From assembly GCA_951406725.2 (NCBI GenBank), contig OX597815.1, positions 76,074,001 through 76,138,000 on the forward strand: a stretch of 64,000 nucleotides of DNA. Direction: 5' to 3'. This DNA comes from Octopus vulgaris. Taxonomy: Eukaryota. The notes beneath the pieces were generated by a model. The model did no database searches. It had not been told where the DNA came from and worked only from the letters and a program-made list of their open reading frames with translations. Positions 1 through 13,160 of this stretch are shown one piece after another. Every line of letters begins with the position of its first letter. The first letter of the stretch is position 1. The position numbers and the translations under genes are program-made.

Positions 1-416
1 TACCAAATCTTCTCACAAGGCTTTGGTTGGCCTGGGGCTATTGGAAACATTTACCCAAGTTGCCATGCTCTAGGACTGAACCCGAAACTGTCATTAGGAA
101 GCAAACTTAACCACACCTGTGCCATCATTAATTTAACATTTGTTTTCCATGCTAGCATAGGTTGGGTGGATTTGAAATTCCACAACTTTTCATGTCTTGA
201 CTTCCTAATGGGACAAGACTGCTCTGTACTTAGTCTGTTTATATATTTGAAAATGTTTCTTAACTTGTATTGCAAAGCCACTATACCTGAGACATATGGC
301 TGATTGGTCCAACCTACAATAAACCTTATATACTGTATTACACTCAAATAAAAGTTGAAGTTGACCTTGCTAGGAATTGTAATCAGAAGGTAGAAAGTTA
401 ATAATAATTACCTTAA

Positions 417-594
417 CCCTTTAGCATTCAAACTGGCCGTATCTGGCTCAAATACTCTAACTGGCCAGATCAGGCCTCTCTCACTGCCTTACAATGTCAT
501 TCTAACAGTAAACAATCACATCATTGAAATCTCATTACTATGATATAATGCATGATTAATTCAAAATAAACAGAATAATCTGAATGCTAAAGGG
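417..594. mobile_element. Short non-autonomous TTAA-type (piggyBac-like) MITE
   Basis: TTAA|CCCTTTAGCATTCA ... TGAATGCTAAAGGG|TTAG terminal inverted repeats; second copy at 1925-2144. Confidence 0.7.
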
Positions 595-729
595 TTAGTT
601 AAGGCAGTGTTTCTCAAGCTGTGTGTGAGTGGGACATGGCAATATTTTGGTAGGTGTGAGACACCTCAGAATGGAGCATAAGTAACAAGTGAATAAAACT
701 TTAAATATTTAAATTCAATTTTTTGAATA

Positions 730-1265
730 AGCTTCTCAACCATGTAGTCTCTGGTTTGGTCCTACTGAACAGTACTTTGAGCAAGTGGTTTCTACTATAA
801 CCTGGAGTCCTGTGAGCAGATTTGGTAAACATAATCTGAAAGAAGCCTGTGTGTGTGTGTTTGCATATTTAGTGCTGATTGTTGGAAAAGAAGAGTATTT
901 GATATTACAGTAAAGATTAATATTTTATTTGGTTCAAATCAATTTTTTGCTACTCTGAGCTTCACCTGTGGGTGCACCTTGTGCTCTCATAAGCAAAACT
1001 CAGAATAGCAAGAGACTTATTCAACCAAAATAAAATATCCTTGTCTTAACATTATGTAATGGTTGTAAACAAAAATCACTGTTATACAAGCAATGTTGTT
1101 CATTTCCAGCCTTCTGTGAAAAGCATGTCTGGTCATGGGAAATATTAGTTTGCTTGAATACAGGTGAGTATTGGTAGCAGGAAAGGCATTTGACTATAGA
1201 AAATCTGTCTCAATAAATCCCATCCAACTCAAGTGAACATGGCAAAGTGAATGTTATATGATGAT
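730..1265 (+). mobile_element. Old SINE: family-A head with RTE-type 3' tail, interrupted by a fold-back insert
   Basis: Degenerate family-A head, then gtagcaggaaaggcatttgactatagaaaatctg...gttatatgatgat tail. Confidence 0.6.
921..1037. mobile_element. Small fold-back (hairpin) MITE
   Basis: The two halves are imperfect reverse complements over the whole length (tattttatttggtt/aaccaaaataaaata; ttgctactctgag/ctcagaatagcaa; gcac/gtgc around a 3-nt loop). Confidence 0.65.
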
Positions 1266-1387
1266 ATATATGGTATACACATTGTTCATGAAGAAATCAC
1301 CTTTTTCAAAAGTTGATTAAAAAAAAAAAAGTAGTTAAAGCATTCATAGCATTCTTCTATTTTTTTTCCACACCACATCCACTTATT

Positions 1388-1768
1388 TTTACTCTTTTTA
1401 CTTGTTTTAGTCATTTGACTGCGGTCATGCTGGAGCACCACCTTTAGTCAAGCAAATCGACCCCAGAACTTATTCTTTGTAAGCCTAGTGCTTATTCTAT
1501 CGGTCTCTTTTGCTGAACCGCTAAATTACAGGGACGTAAACACACCAGCATCGGTTGTCAAGTGATGTTGGGGGGACAGACACACACACACATATATATA
1601 TATATGACGGGCTTCTTTCAGTTTCCGTCTACCAAATCCACTCACAAGGCTTTAGTCAGCCCGAGGCTATAGTAGAAGACACTTGCCCAAGGTGCCATGC
1701 AGTGGGACTGAACCCGGAACCATGTGGTTGGTAAGCAAGCTACTTACCACACAGCCACTCCTGCGCCT
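1388..1768 (-). mobile_element. tRNA-derived SINE family A, young full-length copy
   Basis: Reverse strand begins AGGCGCAGGAGTGGCTGTGTGGTAAG (A box) ... GGTTCAGTCCC (B box), CORE-like ACCTTGGGCAAGT, internal (TA)n(TG)n, AAGTAAAA tail. Near-identical to 2561-2976 and 27530-27952. Confidence 0.9.
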
Positions 1769-1924
1769 ATGATAATAATATTGATAATAATTGAATAATA
1801 AATATCTCCATGATTCACAAATATTCATAAAACCATTGTCTGGTTTCAGATTCTGATATATTCTGGAGATGAAAGGTTAATCTCATAGATAAGACACTGG
1901 TGTATTGCAGGTAACATTCATTAA

Positions 1925-2144
1925 CCCTTTAGTATTCAGATTACTTTGTCAAATGTAATGCTTATTTAGTCACATTGTTTTAAAGTTAGTATTCATTATC
2001 TTGTAGCTTCAAGATATTTATGATATGATTGTTTATTTTTAGAATGTCATTGTGTGGTGCATGTGAAAAGCCAGCTCTATCTGGTCTGAACATAATACAA
2101 GTAGAATATTTAGGCTGGATATGGCCGGTTTGGATACTAAAGAG
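1925..2144. mobile_element. Second copy of the TTAA-type MITE, opposite orientation
   Basis: TTAA|CCCTTTTAGTATTCAG ... GGATACTAAAGAG|TTAG; interior is the reverse complement of 417-594. Confidence 0.65.
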
Positions 2145-2249
2145 TTAGAGACAGTTTCCTAATCACCACAGCTCAGTGAATTGAGGCACGTAGAATGTGT
2201 TGTGCTCATTGGTTCAGTGAAAAACTTTAGTGGATATGAACTTAGGGAT

Positions 2250-3130
2250 TGGCACAGATGTAGCCATGTGTTTATGGTCACTTCCCAACCACATGGTCTT
2301 GGGTTCACTTTGTGGCACCTTGGACAAGTGTCTTCTGCTATAGCCTTGGCTTGACCAAAGCTTGTGAGTAGATTTGGTTGATACAAATTGAAAGAAGCTC
2401 ATCTTGTGTATATATTTTGTGTGTTAGTGTGTGTTTCTCTCCATGTCTTGACATCATGCAATGCTTATAAATGAGCATCATTGTTGTACAAGAGGTGTCA
2501 CTTAATATCCAATCTTCTGAAAAAATGTTCAGAGATGAGGGTGGGGGAGACAATATTAATTTACTCTTTACTCTTTTACTTGTTTCAGTCATTCGACTGC
2601 GGCCATGCTGGAGCACTGCCTTTAGTCGAGCAAATCGACCCCGGGACTTATTCTTTGTAAGCCCAGTACTTATTCTATCGGTCTCTTTTGCCGAACTGTT
2701 AAGTGACGGGGACGTAAACACACCAGCATCGGTTGTGAAGCAATGCTAGGGGGACAATCACAGACACACAAACACACACACATATATATATATATACACA
2801 CACACATATATACGACAGGCTTCTTTCAGTTTCCGTCTACCAAATCCACTCACAAGGCATTGGTCGGCCCGGGGCTATAGCAGAAGACATTTGCCCAAGA
2901 TGCCACGCAGTGGGACTGAACCCAGAATCATGTGGTTGGTTTGCAAGCTACTTACCACACAGCCACTCCTGCGCCTATACTTACCATACAGCTACTCCTT
3001 GCTTGGAAATGGGTGAGGGTTGGTGGTAGAAGAGCATCTAGCCATAGAAAATCTGCCTTAACAAGTTCTGTCTGCTCCATACAAGCATAGAACAGTGCCT
3101 GTTAAAATGATGCAGATAACAATGATGACC
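2250..3130 (+). mobile_element. Old A-head/RTE-tail SINE interrupted by a younger family-A SINE
   Basis: Head at 2250-2400, body to about 2556, resuming at about 2997 with ccttgcttggaaatgggtgagggttgg...gttaaaatgatg. Confidence 0.65.
2561..2976 (-). mobile_element. SINE family A, young full-length copy
   Basis: CpG-rich near-consensus copy with (AAAGAGT)n tail. Confidence 0.9.
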
Positions 3131-6100
3131 CAGAAGCTGGTAACCTAAAGCCTTATTCACTCAGCCATTTTACTCTTAACCATCATATGTTAAACCAAAG
3201 TAATTTTCTTTTCTTTTTAATTTTTTTTTTAATAGAGTCCTGATTTAATTAAGATGGATAAATTATTAGTGGGGTAACATATTATCATAAATAGTGGTAG
3301 AGATTTGGTTCAACAGTTGCTAACAATTGGGTTTTGCTGCATTGGTTAATCTCAATTGAATAGATTGGATAAAGTAACAATGTGGTTACTTTATTTGTGT
3401 TATTGATTCTCCCACTAGTTATCTTTTGTATTCTGATAGATTTAAGTGCAGACATGATACATTTATGGAAACCTGAAGTCATTGTTATTGTTGAAAAATG
3501 ATTGCAATTTCCATAAAAGAAACTTTTTTCTTTGCTTCTTTTATCATTGTTTGGTCAAATATTTTTTCATTTTTTTTTCATTATAATTAAAAATGTTAGA
3601 AAATATTCATGTAGTTAGAACTGTCATTGATTATGATTTTTCGGTTGCTGTAAATGAGACTAATTAATATGAAAATGCCTTTAAAAATATAATCGGCTCG
3701 TCTATACTTGTTGGATCATATAAATGGAGTGGGAGATGTATAAAGTCTAGAATCAAAGAGTTTTAATCAGCCCTGCATTAATTACTTATTCTAATTAGAT
3801 AGGAGTGGGTGTCTTTTGTTGTTACTGTAATCATCTTTAGTATTCCCAATATCCTTGATAGCAGTAGTTCAAAAATCTGCTATTTCATATTAGCATTGTG
3901 AGATAGGTTCGAAATTAAACACCATCTCATGTTTTTTTTATCTCCTCCTGTCATCTTCATTATGAGGCCCACTGTTCTTGGGCCTTAATTATTTCTCTAA
4001 TATTCCTTGGTCTGCTTGTACTATAAATATATTCCATAGAGCTTAGCACAGTCCTCTGGCTTGCCAGCTTGTGAAACTGTCCAATTCATGCTAGCATGGA
4101 AAACATATTAAATGATGATGACGATTCAGCAGTTTAGATTATCATATATCTTGCATACGTTTGGCCTATACTTTATGATGCCTTGTCAATGCCACCAATC
4201 ATTTTAGCATTTGCTTTTCTATGCTTGCATGAGTTAGATGAAATATATCATGGCAGATTTTATATGGCTGTATGCCTTTCCTGTTGGCTAATGCTCACTT
4301 GTTTCCAATAGTAATATTTTCTCATGGCCAAAGATATTTTCATGGAAGATTGGAAATGAATAATACTGCTTATGTAACTGTGACACCCATTTACAATTGT
4401 TGCATGATGTCAAAGACATGGAGACACACACATACATATACATTCTCAAACTACTTGTGTTCAATCTTTTTCAAGAGTTAACATTGCAGATCCAACTCAT
4501 TGAACTGACAAATTTTTTACTATCGTATAACATTTAATTCACTGCTCATGTTCCCACCAGAGACATAATATTTTTACACCATCTTGCCTTCATACAATGA
4601 AAAAACCTTTTGTTATCAATGGAAGTTGAAAATCCTCTAAATTTATATCTTCGTCACAGGCTGTCCATTATTGCTATTATTTGTTCCATGTCCACTACTA
4701 GACAGTAGAACATATCTACTTCAGAGAACCATCTACTCCTGCTACTAGCTACTTGAGTGACCTTAAAGTTTTCTAATACCTACTGCCAACCACAAAAGGG
4801 CATGAGTGGTTTTTATTCTCTGCAGTTTGCAATGCAATTCTCGTTGCAAGGTTTGAGCTTATGACATTTGTGTGTGTGCTCTAGAACTTTCACATCCTTC
4901 AGTCTGCAATTTGATATTAATCTTTTTTTTGTCCTACTTTTCTAAATTATTTTTTCAATTCTTATTTGATCATCACTTTTCATCCAGAGCTTAAATCGTG
5001 TTTTGTTACGCATCAACTGATATAATATGGTTGTTGATATCAATAATTGATTTATTGATATATTCTTTTGTTTAATATTCACTTCATGTGAAACTAATCC
5101 ATCTAGGACATAAAATTCAAAAATAATAGATTTAAGTGACCCAGATATTAGTACAAAACTAAAAAGAATTAAAATATGGGAAATATAAAACATTAACATT
5201 GATTGTTGTTGAATAGCCTCAGTTAACTCTAAGCTGGCTTATATCATGGATCTGGCTGATTATATTTGAACTGTGAAATTCAGTAAATCAGACTACAGTA
5301 TCATATGAACTTGGGACAGTTTTGGTGGCTCTATTCTGATATTTGTGTGGGCTGTATCATGGCAGTTTAGTTGAGTTCTGATATGCTTGTTTTATGAATT
5401 CAGTTTTGTCAGTGTACACTTTTGTAGATTTTTTGCAAAATCTAGTTTGTGAATATCTATTGTAAAGATCTACTTGTGACAAAACTACTTTTTATGGAGA
5501 CATCACTGTTTCGTTGTAAATTCTTTAAAAAGTTTGCTAAGAACTATGATTTGTTTACCTAATTTTGGTGATTGCAAAGTGAATTATATTGGCTCTCTGT
5601 TGCTTTGATTTCTTTAGGTTGGACTAATTTAGCAACAATTTTTGGTATGTATCATGTTTGAATGACTCTAATGAATGAAGGTGAATTTGTCAAATGCTGT
5701 AGTAGTAAGCTCAATATTATCTTGTCTCCAGATGGCTGAAATGTCATTTGACCTTTCTTTCACTTAGTCATTTAATATAGGAAGTACAAAATACTTTTTA
5801 TATTAACTTTTTTTTTCTTTCTTTTTAATCAGAAAAATTAGAACTGTATCCATGACTTTTTCAGTCCCTTCCTGAGAAGTCAGGTCAATACAGATGATGT
5901 TCAGCTTGAACATCTGTAGCTTAATAACTGTAAAACAGTGAGGAAAATTGGCAAGGAAGGAATACTGATCAGTCAGATGACCTTGTTTTAATCTAGTGTA
6001 AGATATTTGTGTTTGTGTGTGTGTAGCATCAGAAGCACTGGCCTAGATGTTTGTAAAGTAGTCTGTGTGTTTTGCATGTGCTTTGTAGAAGGTCAGCTAC

Positions 6101-7222
6101 TGATTAGAGCCAAAGAATTTATTGACCCAAAAGATGAAGCCAATTTTTTGCTATTCAATTTTAGCTGTGTTACAAATATGTGGTCACCATAAAAGACCAT
6201 CTGAGAGTATGAGGCTCGGCAATCGTTTATAGAAATAATGTAAATCTGTTGTGAAAGTTGATGCTCAGAATGTACTTCAAGGTCTTTCTCTAAAACCACA
6301 GAAGTTAGTGGTTCCATTTTCTTCAGCAAAACAAGTTGGATGGACTTGGTAGAATATTGTAGACCACTTGAATCAAGAATTTTATTCAAAGGGGCTCAGA
6401 CTTCACACTCTACTGTATTCTTAGGCTTCCTGTTTCTGCGTTCCTATCATCTTGCTAACTTGCTCTTCCTACAATGTGTTTCCTCTTCATTCTGGACCAA
6501 TAACCTTGTGTTCTTATCACTTATTGTTGTGCTGTTTCCCAGACTGGCTCTCTCACAAGACACTACACTCTAGCATTCTATAACTCAGTTGCAACTTTGC
6601 ATCATTTACAATTTCTACTGCTCTCCATTTCTGTGCTGTCTTGACTTCAATATCATCCTCAAAAATTTTTGCATCACAGCTGCTGATGTGGAGCTTCAAT
6701 CTGTTGTTCTGTTCATGCTAGTTAATGCTGCTCAAGCTCCAAGGCAGTCCCAGCTACTTCCGCAGAAACCTGTTTACTCTCTTCTCAAAACCCTAAACTA
6801 TGTATATCAGGATCTCATAGATCTCCTGTGGGTGGATGCCAGTTTGGTATATCTAAGCATTGAGCTTGCCAGGTTGGCCTGACTTGTTCACTTCAGCTAG
6901 TTAGGCTTCCAACTCTTGGTTGGTTCTTGGATGGATGTTGTATCTTTTCAGTTGCAATCAAACATCTCTTTCCCAGGCACTTTATTGGTGCCTCAGTAAT
7001 GGATGGTTTCTGTGTGCTGCTAAATGTGAAGCAGAACTTGCTGCTAAATTTTTTTTTTTTTTTTTGCTTGTAACACAAAGGATATTGGCTTTACCAGCTT
7101 GAAGCTTATGTGAGCTCAGTTGATTAGTTCCTTATGGTTCTTTGGGATTTAACTGTTTCTAGGACAGATGTTGTTGTCAATATATGTCTACATTTCATCT
7201 GATCACCCTGTATGTATATATA

Positions 7223-8060
7223 TAGGGTGTGGTGAATATATTGTCCTCTAAATTAAACAAAAATGAAAATAACACAGACATCTCATTTTAACATAAAAAT
7301 ATCTTGAAATACTAAAGAGTAAATTTATTCAATAAAATTGCCATTGGTTTCAACCATGGCCTCCTGATGTCTTGGAATCTCTGGACAGTCTCCTTGTTTA
7401 AGTTGGTGAATGCTGCCATAATCCTTGCCTTCAGTTCATCTTTGGTGTTACAAGGAGTTTTGTTAGTCTCTTGCTCAACTGTGCCCCACACATAATAATG
7501 AAGGGGGTTGCAGTCTGAGGGTTAGGTGGCCAGATGTTAGGAGTAATGTAGTCGCAGAAATTGTCTGACAGCCATGACTGGATTCTCTTGCTTGTGTGGT
7601 ATGGTGCAGAATCCTGTTGCGAGATATAGGGTCTTCCAGCGGTCACCCTCTTGACCCAGGGCAGCACTACCTCCTCCAGGAAATTGATGTAGGCCTCCGT
7701 GTTGTGTCTGAGGCCATGTGGGAAGATGAATGGAGGCATGTCGTTGCCATCACTAGTGATCACTCCAAACGCCATGATGTTGACTGGATGTTTAATTTTT
7801 ATCACTCTCAATACATGCACTGTCCTCAGATTGACACCCAAACATTCTGAAATGTTCATATTGGAGCCTCTGGTGTGAATGCCAAGCAGTACAGCATATC
7901 AATTCCAATTTTCTGGCAGAGTGAATTGCGTTATGGTGCTGTTTTTTTTTTTTACAGACGGTGCCCAACTATACTGTGTAGTTGACAAAATCAAAAACAA
8001 ACAACACACATGTGTAAAATTAAAAATATAAAATGGCAGCAATTTAGCCATCACTCTCTG
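7223..8060 (-). mobile_element. Internally deleted Tc1/mariner-superfamily element, DD37D (maT-like)
   Basis: ORF 7431-7859 contains QQDSAPYHTSKRIQSWL..WPPN. Correcting one frameshift gives DCNPL(H)YYVWG, placing the third catalytic position 37 residues after the second D. Degenerate TIRs end in TA-rich sites. Confidence 0.75.
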
Positions 8061-8062
8061 TA

Positions 8063-8127
<65 letters not shown>
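8061..8127. repeat. (TG)n(TA)n microsatellite
   Basis: Direct reading. Confidence 0.95.
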
Positions 8128-8130
<3 letters not shown>

Positions 8131-9949
8131 AGATTCTCTCATTGTGAATGACAAATGAGGGTTCAGTAAAATAAAGCAATAATCATGTTCTATGGACATG
8201 GATGTGTCTCCTGAAGCTTATTGGTGCCTGGTAAACTTTTCAGCAAATGGAACAAGTTGAAGACTCAGTTTACTTGAGTGCTTGTGGATTGTTTACTATG
8301 TGTTTTCTTGAATGGATGGCAAGGCCTGCTTTGCTTCATGCCACAAAACCACAATGACAAGTAAGGTTTTCATTTAGAAGAGCAGCGTTTTGCCAGTGTG
8401 CCTTCATGCTTGCACAAAGTTGGTCCCAATGTTGGAGTTGACTGCTCAAATCTTTGAACTAAGGAGAAGCAGAACTGGTGCCAGGTCTTGTGTTCTGATG
8501 CTTTGCTTTCCCAGGAAGAAAAGGGAATGTTGCATCACTTCAGATTGTCTTTTAGTTTGTCTCTGAAGTGCAAGAGTGGCCCTCCAACTGACCTCCCTGT
8601 TGGAAATTGGCCAAAGAGAAGTTGTTTTGGAATTCTAATATCACTCATACACGGGAGATGACCTGACCAAATGTATGTATGCATGCATGCATGTCCCACA
8701 ACCACTGCTTGGCAACTGGTGTTAGTGTGTTTACGACTCTGTAACTTAACATTTCAGCAAGAGAGACTGATAGACCAGTCTTTAAAAAGATAAGTACTGG
8801 GGTCAATTCATTTGACTAAAAGATTCTTCAAAGCAGTGCCCCAGTATGACTGCAATCTCATGACTGAAACAAGTAAAAGATAAAAGTAATAAGTATTACA
8901 TATGACAGAGTAATCTGAAAGCTAAAGAGTTAAGAGTTAATTTGCAGTAAATTACTCATAGTTCATCACATTTCATAGTAAAGCAACCCGTTTAACTGAT
9001 CTCAAAGTAAAAAAAAAACTAAAACCTGAGAATCAAATGTAAATTTATTCAGATTTCAAAAGATTAATAAATTTTTTTAAAATACAGTATTATTGTAATT
9101 GATGTTCAATGAACATGTAGGATCAATGCATGAAGTTGTGCAACCAAACAGAAAAAAATAAACAACTTGAAAAATAGCATGAAAACATTGTAGATAGTGA
9201 ACTATAGGCAGTTATGAAATTGGAATTTCTCAAAAGACAGAAAATTCAATTTTCCCCCCCTCCTTTTCATAAGAAGAAAAATAATAATTTAAGGTTTCAG
9301 GATTGTTTTATGAATAACTTATTTGAGATTAATGCAAAATATTAGTGTGCATCAATGAAACAGATTAGAAGAGTTTCAACAATTCTCAGGATACTCTTAG
9401 CTCACATGTAATTGCAACCATCCTTGTTCCTCAAGAACAGATAATTATACTTCCCATTCTTTAAGTACAGGATATTATTAACCAAGGTAATGCAATTTTC
9501 CATTTGTTAATTCCATGTTCAGCAAGGTGTGTAACTACAGATGACCAATCAATATCACAATTATATGAAAAAAAGTTTTTTTTTTTCAATTTTTACTATA
9601 TAAAAATAAAAAAAAAACGAAAACACTAAAATCTTATTAAAATTTAGATTTCGGTTCTTCTAGTTAAATGCGAAACTACTGCCAAGACTCAAAACAAATT
9701 TTAAAATGAATGCAGAAAAAGAACACTATTAACATTACTATCAATCTTATCTATCCACACAACTAAAACAGCAATTTTTTTTCAAACTGTAACCCCAGTT
9801 CCCTACCAAATACTGGTGAAAATTTTTGTTCCCTTCTTTATTAATAAGACAAAATAAAGGTTTGCAACCATGTAATTCTTTGTTTGCCCATGGTATTAAA
9901 CACATTAAAAAAAGTTTAAAACTAACTAATACTATTAATCAAAATGCAA

Positions 9950-10135
9950 GGCCGGCAAAGTCATTAGCATAACAGACAAAATACTTAATGGCATTTCTTC
10001 TGACTCTTTACACTCTAAGTTCAAATAGGCCAACTTTGCCTATCATCTCTTTGTGGTCAATAAAATAACATAGCAGTCAAGTACTGGGGCCAGTTACACT
10101 AACTTGTCTCCTCCCCATAAAACTGCGGGCCTTGA
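9950..10135 (+). mobile_element. SINE family B, degenerate
   Basis: Shares ggcaaagtcattagca...gttcaaat...actttgcctatcatc..gtcaataaaat with 26024-26247. Confidence 0.65.
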
Positions 10136-10756
10136 ATCCTAGCAATGGACTATTGTCAGGAGGAATGTTGTGATGGAAATCAAGTAACCAGCCTTACTGA
10201 GTCAGAGTTGAAAAATTTAAACGAAAAAACAAAAAAATCGTATTAAACATGGCAATTTGTCCTTCCACCCATGAGAGACTCTGCACTAGAACACATTGTA
10301 CATGCTTATAGGTGTGGGATATGTGTGCATTCATATATATATAGTATAACATGAGTAAACCAAGATGGTTGTAATGCTGTTTGAAGAGTGCTCACTGGAT
10401 TGAATTAGTGATGCAGTATCCTTTGATCCCCACTCTATGCATAGACAAAAGGATGTATATCCATACATATGTATAATAAATAGTTGGAAGTAGTGTGTAC
10501 TTTATTACCACAATCAATGCAGACATACATAAACATATACACACAAATACACACACATGCACATGCAGTGACATGAAATGTAGAACAGAGGTACAAAAAC
10601 AAAGAGCGACAGAAAGAAATTAAATATGATCTGTTGGATGAGCTATGTTAATTTGTTTGAAAAGCTGAGTATGTGTAAGGAGAGAAAGTTGTTAAACATT
10701 TGAAGGCATTAGTTAATATGTTGGAGGAGAAAACAGCTGGACTGTTATAGATATAC

Positions 10757-11108
10757 AGGTGCAGGCATGGTTGTATGGTTAATAAGCTCAGTTTGCAACC
10801 ATGCGGTTTCAGGTTTAGTCCCATTGCACAGTACCATGAGCAAGTGTCTCCTATTATAGCCCTTGGCTAACCAATGTCTTGTGAGTAAATTTCGTAAATG
10901 GAAACTGTGTGGAACTCAGTCATGTGTATGTTTGTCCTCACTACCACCCTACTGTTGGTTTATTTACATCCCCATAAGTTAGCTGTTTGGCAAAAGAGAC
11001 AAATAGAATAAAAACCAGACTGGGGTCAATTTGTTTGACTAAACCCGTCAAGGCAGTGCCCCAGCATAGCCACAGTACAAAGACAGAAACATGTAAAAGA
11101 TAAAGAGT
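10757..11108 (+). mobile_element. SINE family A, older copy
   Basis: Colinear degenerate match from aggtgcaggcatggttg to aaacatgtaaaagataaaagag. Confidence 0.8.
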
Positions 11109-11597
11109 GTAATACAAATGAAGTGCAGTTGGGTGAAGAAGCGCTAGAAGCAAGACATGGTCGGGCCTACATATATAGGGCCTCTGAAACAATACTGCAT
11201 CAGAATATGTTCATAATTACTATGCTACAAATCTAACTTAATCCAGCATGAAAACAATCTAATGTACACTCTCTCACTTCTGTTCAAGCAAACACTGCAA
11301 AAACATGGTGTATCTAAGTGTACTAGATTTATGAGCTTTTATATATAAAAAATGGAGGTAGAAATAGCACAGAAGTAAATCTAAGACATTTCACCCTCAG
11401 ACAGAAGATAAACTGTTTTTACTTCAAATTTTTATAAATTTTTACTGATATCAGAAGAGATGATTCATCATCAAAACCAGTAATATTTTCTTTATATAAT
11501 TTTAAAAATCATTTTATTAAATTAATTCTATGCTATTTCTACTTCCATCTTTTATATATAAAAATTTGATTTGTATAGATCTCTAATCTTTTTTCAA

Positions 11598-11636
<39 letters not shown>

Positions 11637-12104
11637 ATAAATACAAAAACTAATTACTGTGTCACATTTAGACCTCCCTCTCACTATTCAGTGACACTCC
11701 TACTATTCCACATGATTGGGTGAGAGTAATAGTAGGCATAGAGATGGTGAGGGCAGTGGTGAAGACAGAGAAAAGAGAGGGAAAGAGGGACAGGGAGAGT
11801 TAATGGTGTTTTATGAAAAGTAGTAAGTATAATGGTGGCAGTGGGAGTAATAATAAAAGAGACAGAAAGAGTGTGTATGTGAGAGAAAGAGGGAGATGAT
11901 GTACAACTTTGTTTAACCATGTCTCTTTGACAGAAATTCCTGCCACCAACATACTGAACACTATCATTTTTGTTTTATTTTTTGCTTTCTTTAATATATA
12001 CACACATATATAAAATGCACTTTAATTGAGATAAAGTTTCCCCAAAATTAAACACAACTTATATAATAAATGTGAATATCAGTGTTTCACATTTTTTCAA
12101 CTTT

Positions 12105-12307
12105 AATAAATCTTTCCTGCTGGAAGCACAAGGCTTCAAATTTGGAGGCAAGGCATTAAGTCGATTACATCGGCCCAGTTTTATCAAGCCTGAAAGGATG
12201 AAAGGTAAAGTCGACCTCGGCAGAATTCAAACTCAAAACCTAATGGCAGATGGTATACTGTGAAGCATTTCACCTGGCATGCTAGCGATTCTGTCAGCTT
12301 GCCGCCG
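12105..12307 (-). mobile_element. SINE family B flanked by a 44-bp direct repeat
   Basis: Reverse strand GGCGGCAAGCTGACAGAATCGCTAGC ... GAGGTCGACTTTACCTTTCATCCTTTC; flanks 12061-12104 and 12320-12363 are near-identical. Confidence 0.8.
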
Positions 12308-13077
12308 TAATGTAATATAATATAATAAATGTGAATGTCAGTGTGTCACACTGTTTCAACTTTACTCCTAGAGGCCATAGCCCAACATATACCATTTTGG
12401 AATCAGGCTGACTCTGTGAGTAAATTAAAAATATTCTGGGCCGAATCTGGACCCACAATCCTGAAATTTTGGATTCTCAAGTTTTCATTACTGTGATTGT
12501 TTTTGGCAGTTTTTTTTACGTGACTTTTTGGGACGTAGTTTTTTGTATGATAACAATTTATATAATTGAAAGGCTTTCTCTGTGAGTAAATTAAAAACAT
12601 TCTGGGCTGAATCTGGACCTGCAATCCTGAAATTTAAGATCCCTGTGGTTTCATTACTGCAATTGTTTTCATTGATTTCTTTCTTTTTTTTTTTTATGAC
12701 AAATATGATCATCATTGGGATATGACTCTGGAGGAAGAAATTGCAACAAATTCTCCAAAACAAGTCAGCGATCTGTTTGCAGATCTTCCCATTCAGGGTC
12801 AGTTGCTTAAAAGCTATATACTAATTTAAAAGCCACCCAATGGTTGAACAATGATGATGATGATTGTTTCCCACCTTAGTATGGTTTGTCTAAGTCAGAT
12901 CTATCAAAGGCTTTCCTACTTAATCCAGCTACAACCTTTTGCTCTGGAGAACTTAATAAAAACACTTCAATTGCCCTTATCACTAACAAAACGCTTGACT
13001 GTCTGGCACAAGAGCCTCTTAGCTATGTTGCTTGACTGAGTGCTATTCAACATATTTGGAAACTCAGTTTCCGATTA

Positions 13078-13160
13078 CTGTAAAAACCCATATAATTTAC
13101 GCACTTTTTGTCACAAAAACAAAAAATTTCAGGGGTGTGTAAATTACATGAGTAGATCGT
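13078..13160. mobile_element. Probable terminal repeat of a Tc2/pogo-like DNA transposon
   Basis: TA|CTGTAAAAACCCATATAATTTACGCAC with an internal inverted copy GTGTGTAAATTACATG. The partner end was not found. Confidence 0.35.

Noticed and set aside
4480-7200. Coding-like patches suggestive of old LINE or DNA transposon fragments (also 8150-8670, 30520-30860, 39990-40370)
   Set aside because: No diagnostic motif could be read confidently, so they are left unclassified.
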